In this document: positions 60,459 through 64,000 of the stretch, piece by piece | Layout: every line of letters begins with the position of its first letter | Numbering within the stretch: the stretch's first letter is position 1 | Assembly (NCBI GenBank): GCA_965237675.1 | Contig: OZ250150.1 | Coordinates: forward strand, 4,512,001-4,576,000 | DNA: 64,000 bases | Source: Candidatus Latescibacterota bacterium | GTDB taxonomy: Bacteria > Latescibacterota > UBA2968 > GCA-2709665 | Direction of reading: 5' to 3' | Translations under genes and position numbers: made by a program | The notes under the pieces: model-generated | What the model saw: the letters and a program-made list of their open reading frames with translations, nothing else | Database searches by the model: none | What the model was told of the DNA's origin: nothing

Positions 60459-61337
60459 GTGAAATCTGTACCTTCCATAATAAGAAAGACTTACCCGCAG
60501 CGTGGTCCGCTCCAGCAGTTCCGGTTTGCGGACAGCCTCGCATTCCGGTGTTTCAGATGTAATGCTTCCAAGAAATCCAAGTTGATCTCCATATACGGGG
60601 GCGACTGGTCGCGACGTCTTTGTAATGGGTGCTACGGCTATCTTCTATCGTTATACAAGATTAAGGCAGGAACAAAGGCAGATAGTGAGAAAACAGAACA
60701 GTTGGCCAATCTGCTTTTCAACGCTGTTACACTCAACGATCAGTTACAAGCCGAGCGTTTGTTTCGAGTCTCCGAGGAACGCGCCGAGCACTTGTCTCAA
60801 GAGACTCTACGGTTTGTTTCTACGTCCGAACACGTGGCCCGACAACTTCAGTCAGGGCCGGAGTTAGAGTGGTCACCGGCCGTGATCGGCTTGTGCAAAG
60901 CGGTTGAACTCCAGGTCGTCAACCGAATTCTAAGGCCGTTGGCAAACGAGGTAAGTAGCACAGACTTGGGTGCCGATAAAATCGATAAGGACGTGGGGCG
61001 CGTCGCAGCATTCTGTGCGGACCCTACGCGAAATCCCCCTGAACTGGGAGCGTTCGCACATTTTCTGCAGACCGTGGTTCACAGTCACCGTCGCCGGAGC
61101 ACTAGCGTGCTCATGTGCAACTTTCTGCGACTTGCGAAAGAGTGGACTGGATCGAATTGGCTCCTTGATGCTACAGCTTTCCACCAGTCCCTTACACAAC
61201 TGATAACGAGATTCAGGAATCGGGCAGCACACATCGACGAGCTTGGCAAAGAGGACTATGTTGCCTGTCGAGATCTCACAATAGGTACTCAAGGCATCAT
61301 ATGGCAGCTTCTCGTCGCGACCCAGCGCCATCGGTAA
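60459..61337 (+). CDS. Hypothetical protein: N-terminal Zn finger + C-terminal HEPN-like RxxxxH domain
   Basis: CFRC...LCNGCY; helical region with LCKAVE and RNRAAH; starts 28 bp after mcrC. Confidence 0.7.
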   Translation: MKSVPSIIRKTYPQRGPLQQFRFADSLAFRCFRCNASKKSKLISIYGGDWSRRLCNGCYGYLLSLYKIKAGTKADSEKTEQLANLLFNAVTLNDQLQAERLFRVSEERAEHLSQETLRFVSTSEHVARQLQSGPELEWSPAVIGLCKAVELQVVNRILRPLANEVSSTDLGADKIDKDVGRVAAFCADPTRNPPELGAFAHFLQTVVHSHRRRSTSVLMCNFLRLAKEWTGSNWLLDATAFHQSLTQLITRFRNRAAHIDELGKEDYVACRDLTIGTQGIIWQLLVATQRHR

Positions 61338-61720
61338 GGCAGCGTAGAGATGATATAAAACAATGTGACACCTGAGACGACAAGTAAATAAGCTGAAAAG
61401 GAGATCACCCGAAGCTTTTAGAGTGTTGCTACCGGCCAAACGAAAAGGATTCCGATAAGAGATCCAACACTCGGCGCTCAGAATTGGGAGGACCATCGGC
61501 TGGTCAAGCTTCTTATAACCGAATCACCAAAACGAAATTTGGCGGACCTACCTGACGATAGGGTCAAGCGTTTTGAACGGTTGTTCAAGTTCATCAACGA
61601 ATCAGTGTCAGGTACGAAAGATGACTCTGTTTCAGTAAAGGCCAAATGATCCCCCGCGAATGCAAGCGTCTCGCTAGAGTCGACCTCCCCTTTGCCTAAG
61701 TATAACGGCACGCGGCGGAT

Positions 61721-61945
61721 TTGACGCAACGGTTTGGGCGCGATTTTGGACCCGTCAATCTAAGCCAGATGAAGAGATTCTATCTGCTGTGGTCAGCCGG
61801 ACGATCTTTTGGACACCGTCTGAAAAATTGGATGGCAAAGAGATTTGCCAGACAGTTACTGGCGAATCTTCGCTGGTCAGCGTCGCCTCACGCTTTCCAC
61901 TTCCCTGGTCCGCCTATGTGCGGCTGCTATCGGGCAAGAACAGGC
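61721..61945 (+). pseudogene. DUF1016/YhcG N-terminal internal remnant (copy 1)
   Basis: LTQRFGRDFGPVNLSQMKRFYLLW, then after a frameshift FPLPWSAYVRLL. Confidence 0.75.
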
Positions 61946-61981
61946 GCGGCTTGCTGCTCGGAGAAAAGCCATGAACAAGTG

Positions 61982-62360
61982 GATGCTGGACCAACCGATC
62001 CTGGACGACATCATCCAGCGCATTGTGGAGGTGGCCCAGCCGGAGAAGATCATCCTCTTCGGGTCCGCCGCCCGGGGCGACATGAACCGCCACAGCGACG
62101 TAGACTTGCTTATCATCAAAGAGGGCGCGGACGCGCTTGAACTCATGGGCGAAATATATATGAATCTCGATGGCGTCGGCGCAGCCGTCGACGCTGTTGT
62201 CGTCACGCCCGACGACGTAGAGCGGTATAAGGACAGCCACGCGGTGATCATCAAGCCCGCATTGCAAGAAGGCAGGGTCGTATATGAGTCCTCCTGAGCG
62301 CTTCCCGCCCGATGATCCGCGCGAATGGCTGAACCGCGCCAGAAGTAATCTGGCGATGGC
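61982..62360 (+). repeat. Direct repeat copy B (379 bp)
   Basis: Near-identical to 48874-49253. Confidence 0.95.
61983..62297 (+). CDS. MNT antitoxin, intact copy B (alternative start 61971)
   Basis: IILFGSAARGD...SDVDL, VDAVV, EGRVVYE. Confidence 0.88.
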   Translation: MLDQPILDDIIQRIVEVAQPEKIILFGSAARGDMNRHSDVDLLIIKEGADALELMGEIYMNLDGVGAAVDAVVVTPDDVERYKDSHAVIIKPALQEGRVVYESS

Positions 62361-62676
62361 GAAAAACCGCGTACCACAAGCCTATCTGGAAGATCTGTGC
62401 TTTGGAGCCCAGCAGGCAGCCGAGAAAGCCGTCAAGGCCGTGATGATCAAGCGCGGCATCGACTTCCCCTACGTGCATGATTTAGCCCGGTTGCTTTCCC
62501 TGCTTAAGGAAGCAGACGAAGCGATCCCGGACGTCGTCGGACAGGCCAGAAAGCTCTCTCGATTTGCGACCGTTACTCGTTACCCCATGGACCAGTCAGT
62601 CACCGAACAGCATTATCTGGAAGCGCTTGCCACCGCCGAATCCGTTCTCCGCTGGGCCGAGGAACGCATATTGTGA
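62284..62676 (+). CDS. HEPN domain protein (partner of MNT)
   Basis: WL.RA.S.L, CF.AQQAAEKAVKA, HDL..L, TRYP. Confidence 0.9.
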   Translation: MSPPERFPPDDPREWLNRARSNLAMAKNRVPQAYLEDLCFGAQQAAEKAVKAVMIKRGIDFPYVHDLARLLSLLKEADEAIPDVVGQARKLSRFATVTRYPMDQSVTEQHYLEALATAESVLRWAEERIL

Positions 62677-62731
62677 TTCGCCGAAAACGCAAGCCTCTCG
62701 CCGAAACCCCTTACAGGAAGAAGAGCAGAAC

Positions 62732-63140
62732 ATGAACGAGCGGATACTCACAGAAGAAATGCCGGATGTTCGGTACCAAGCCATAATCGGCGATGTATCG
62801 AGAATTGTTGCCGCCGCGAAGCGATCGGCCGCTCGGTCGGTGAATGCCGTTATGACCGCCGCGTATTGGATGATCGGCCGTCGTATAGTCGAGTTTGAAC
62901 AATCAGGAGAAAGCCGCGCTGAATACGGGTCCGCGCTCATCGAAACGACTTTCGACAGACTTAAGGAAGCGTTTCGGGCGTGGCTTTGGATCCGTCAATC
63001 TGAGCCAGATGAAGGAATTCGATCTGCTGTAGCCAGCTGAATGCATTCTTCAGACAGTGTCTGAAAGATTGGAAGATGGAGACAGTTCGCCGACGGTGCC
63101 TGCGAAACCTTCGCTGGCTATCCTCGCTTCGCGCTTTCCC
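62732..63140 (+). pseudogene. DUF1016/YhcG N-terminal remnant (copy 2), frameshifted and truncated
   Basis: RSVNAVMTAAYWMIGRRIVEFEQSGESRAEYG; +1 shift near 62945 gives RLSTDLRKRFGRGFGSVNLSQMK; TAG at 63030. Confidence 0.8.
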
Positions 63141-63201
63141 CGAGGTTCCGAGGTAGCCGAACCGCAGATTTACGTCGGACGCAATAACCATGGAGGAAGA
63201 C

Positions 63202-63450
63202 ATGCCCATTGATCCTGCACTACTCAAGCGCATTACCGTGCGCCCGGATGTCTTTGGTGGCAAGCCCATCATTCGCGACATGCGCATCGCGGTGGAACAT
63301 GTTCTGGGAATGCTCGCGGCAGGCGATACCACAGAGACGATTCTCCAGGAATACCCGATTCTGGAGCCCGAAGACATCCAGGCGTGCCTTCTTTTTGCCC
63401 ACCGTTCGCTGGCAGGTGACCATGTCCATGAGCGTGTGCCTATCCGGTAA
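63202..63450 (+). CDS. DUF433 antitoxin-like protein
   Basis: RI...P.V.GGKPIIR..RI.V..VL.ML..G....IL..YP.L..EDIQACL.FA; GGAGG RBS. Confidence 0.92.
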   Translation: MPIDPALLKRITVRPDVFGGKPIIRDMRIAVEHVLGMLAAGDTTETILQEYPILEPEDIQACLLFAHRSLAGDHVHERVPIR

Positions 63451-63455
63451 GCATC

Positions 63456-63830
63456 GTGAAATTCCTTATTGACGTCTGTGCCGCGTCCCGCAGTTTGTGT
63501 ACAATGTTGACCGATCTGGGTCATAATGTCGTTTCGGGCGCGGAGATAAATCCTCGTGCCACGGATGAAGCCCTGCTCGCAGTGGCAAACCAGGAGCAAC
63601 GAGTGCTCGTCACCGAAGACAAGGATTTTGGTGAACTGGTCTTTGTGCGGCACTTGCCCCACCCGTGCATCATCCGCTTCGTCGAAATGCAGGTTTCGGA
63701 GAAGGTAGCTGCTATGCGTGAGTTGCTTGAGCAGCATGCGGATGCGATGCACGAGAGCGCTATGATCGTGGTGACGCGGAGACGGGTGCGGATACGTCTA
63801 GGAAAACGCAACGAGCAGGGTACCAACTAA
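63456..63830 (+). CDS. DUF5615 PIN-like toxin
   Basis: MKFLID, L...GH.V, D..LL..A..E.RVLVTEDKDFGEL. Confidence 0.9.
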   Translation: MKFLIDVCAASRSLCTMLTDLGHNVVSGAEINPRATDEALLAVANQEQRVLVTEDKDFGELVFVRHLPHPCIIRFVEMQVSEKVAAMRELLEQHADAMHESAMIVVTRRRVRIRLGKRNEQGTN

Positions 63831-64000
63831 GGACCGTGTCCGCGCGAGAACCTCGAAAATCGATGCCGACTGGTGTTTTGAAAGGACTGTTCGTAGACCC
63901 TTTCGAATGGCTGGCAGTAGATACGGTGACCTCTGATCGCATGTTGAGCTTTCGGTTCGGGTCGACTCACGCTCAGCAGACACTACCGTGAGCGAGTTAA

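Larger units (their letters stand above)
42850..64000. other. Defence island (left edge approximate, right edge outside the window)
   Basis: Visible drop in GC, + strand gene polarity, dense defence/TA genes, pseudogenes and two IS; no integrase or att site identified. Confidence 0.75.

Noticed and set aside
61370-61650. Possible C-terminal gene remnant (...NWEDHRLVKLLITESPKRNLADLPDDRVKRFERLFKFINESV...*)
   Set aside because: Protein-like but has no start and no assignable family; not reported as a feature
1-64000. CRISPR array, tRNA, rRNA, integrase
   Set aside because: No regularly spaced repeat-spacer series, cloverleaf, rRNA-like segment or tyrosine/serine recombinase motif was found by eye; a covariance-model scan could still find small RNAs

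Overview
GC-rich bacterial chromosome segment with two parts. (1) About 1-42.85 kb is core/metabolic DNA: a DUF559 gene with flanking REP-like palindromes, two paralogous exported beta-repeat proteins, DUF445, a DCC1-LMF fusion, two DegT aminotransferases, pabB, three PhyH dioxygenases, FGGY kinases, PTE, creatininase, CRTAC1/ASPIC, an enolase-superfamily enzyme, Gfo/Idh/MocA, a 9-gene N-methylglutamate-type (methylamine/alkylamine) cluster with a duplicated mgsA-mgsB pair and a soxD-soxA fusion, an anaerobic sulfatase maturase, GT4, rhaB and an EndoQ-UvrD fusion. (2) From about 42.85 kb to the end is a visibly less GC-rich, almost entirely + strand defence island. It holds a PHP-SMC/ABC ATPase (Ppl/TrlF-like) coupled to a Schlafen/AlbA_2-HATPase gene, remnants of BREX-3 pglZ and DUF4276, a ~1370-aa Cap4-like nuclease-STAND-helical (Avs/NLR-like) gene split by an IS630, an IS1182 inserted at the mcrB RBS, and mcrBC followed by a Zn-finger-HEPN gene. 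MNT-HEPN and DUF433-DUF5615 TA pairs each follow a DUF1016 remnant. A ~380-bp near-identical direct repeat (MNT plus 5' HEPN) brackets 12.7 kb of the defence cargo. All family assignments come from motif recognition by eye; no database searches were run. No rRNA, tRNA, CRISPR array or integrase was seen.
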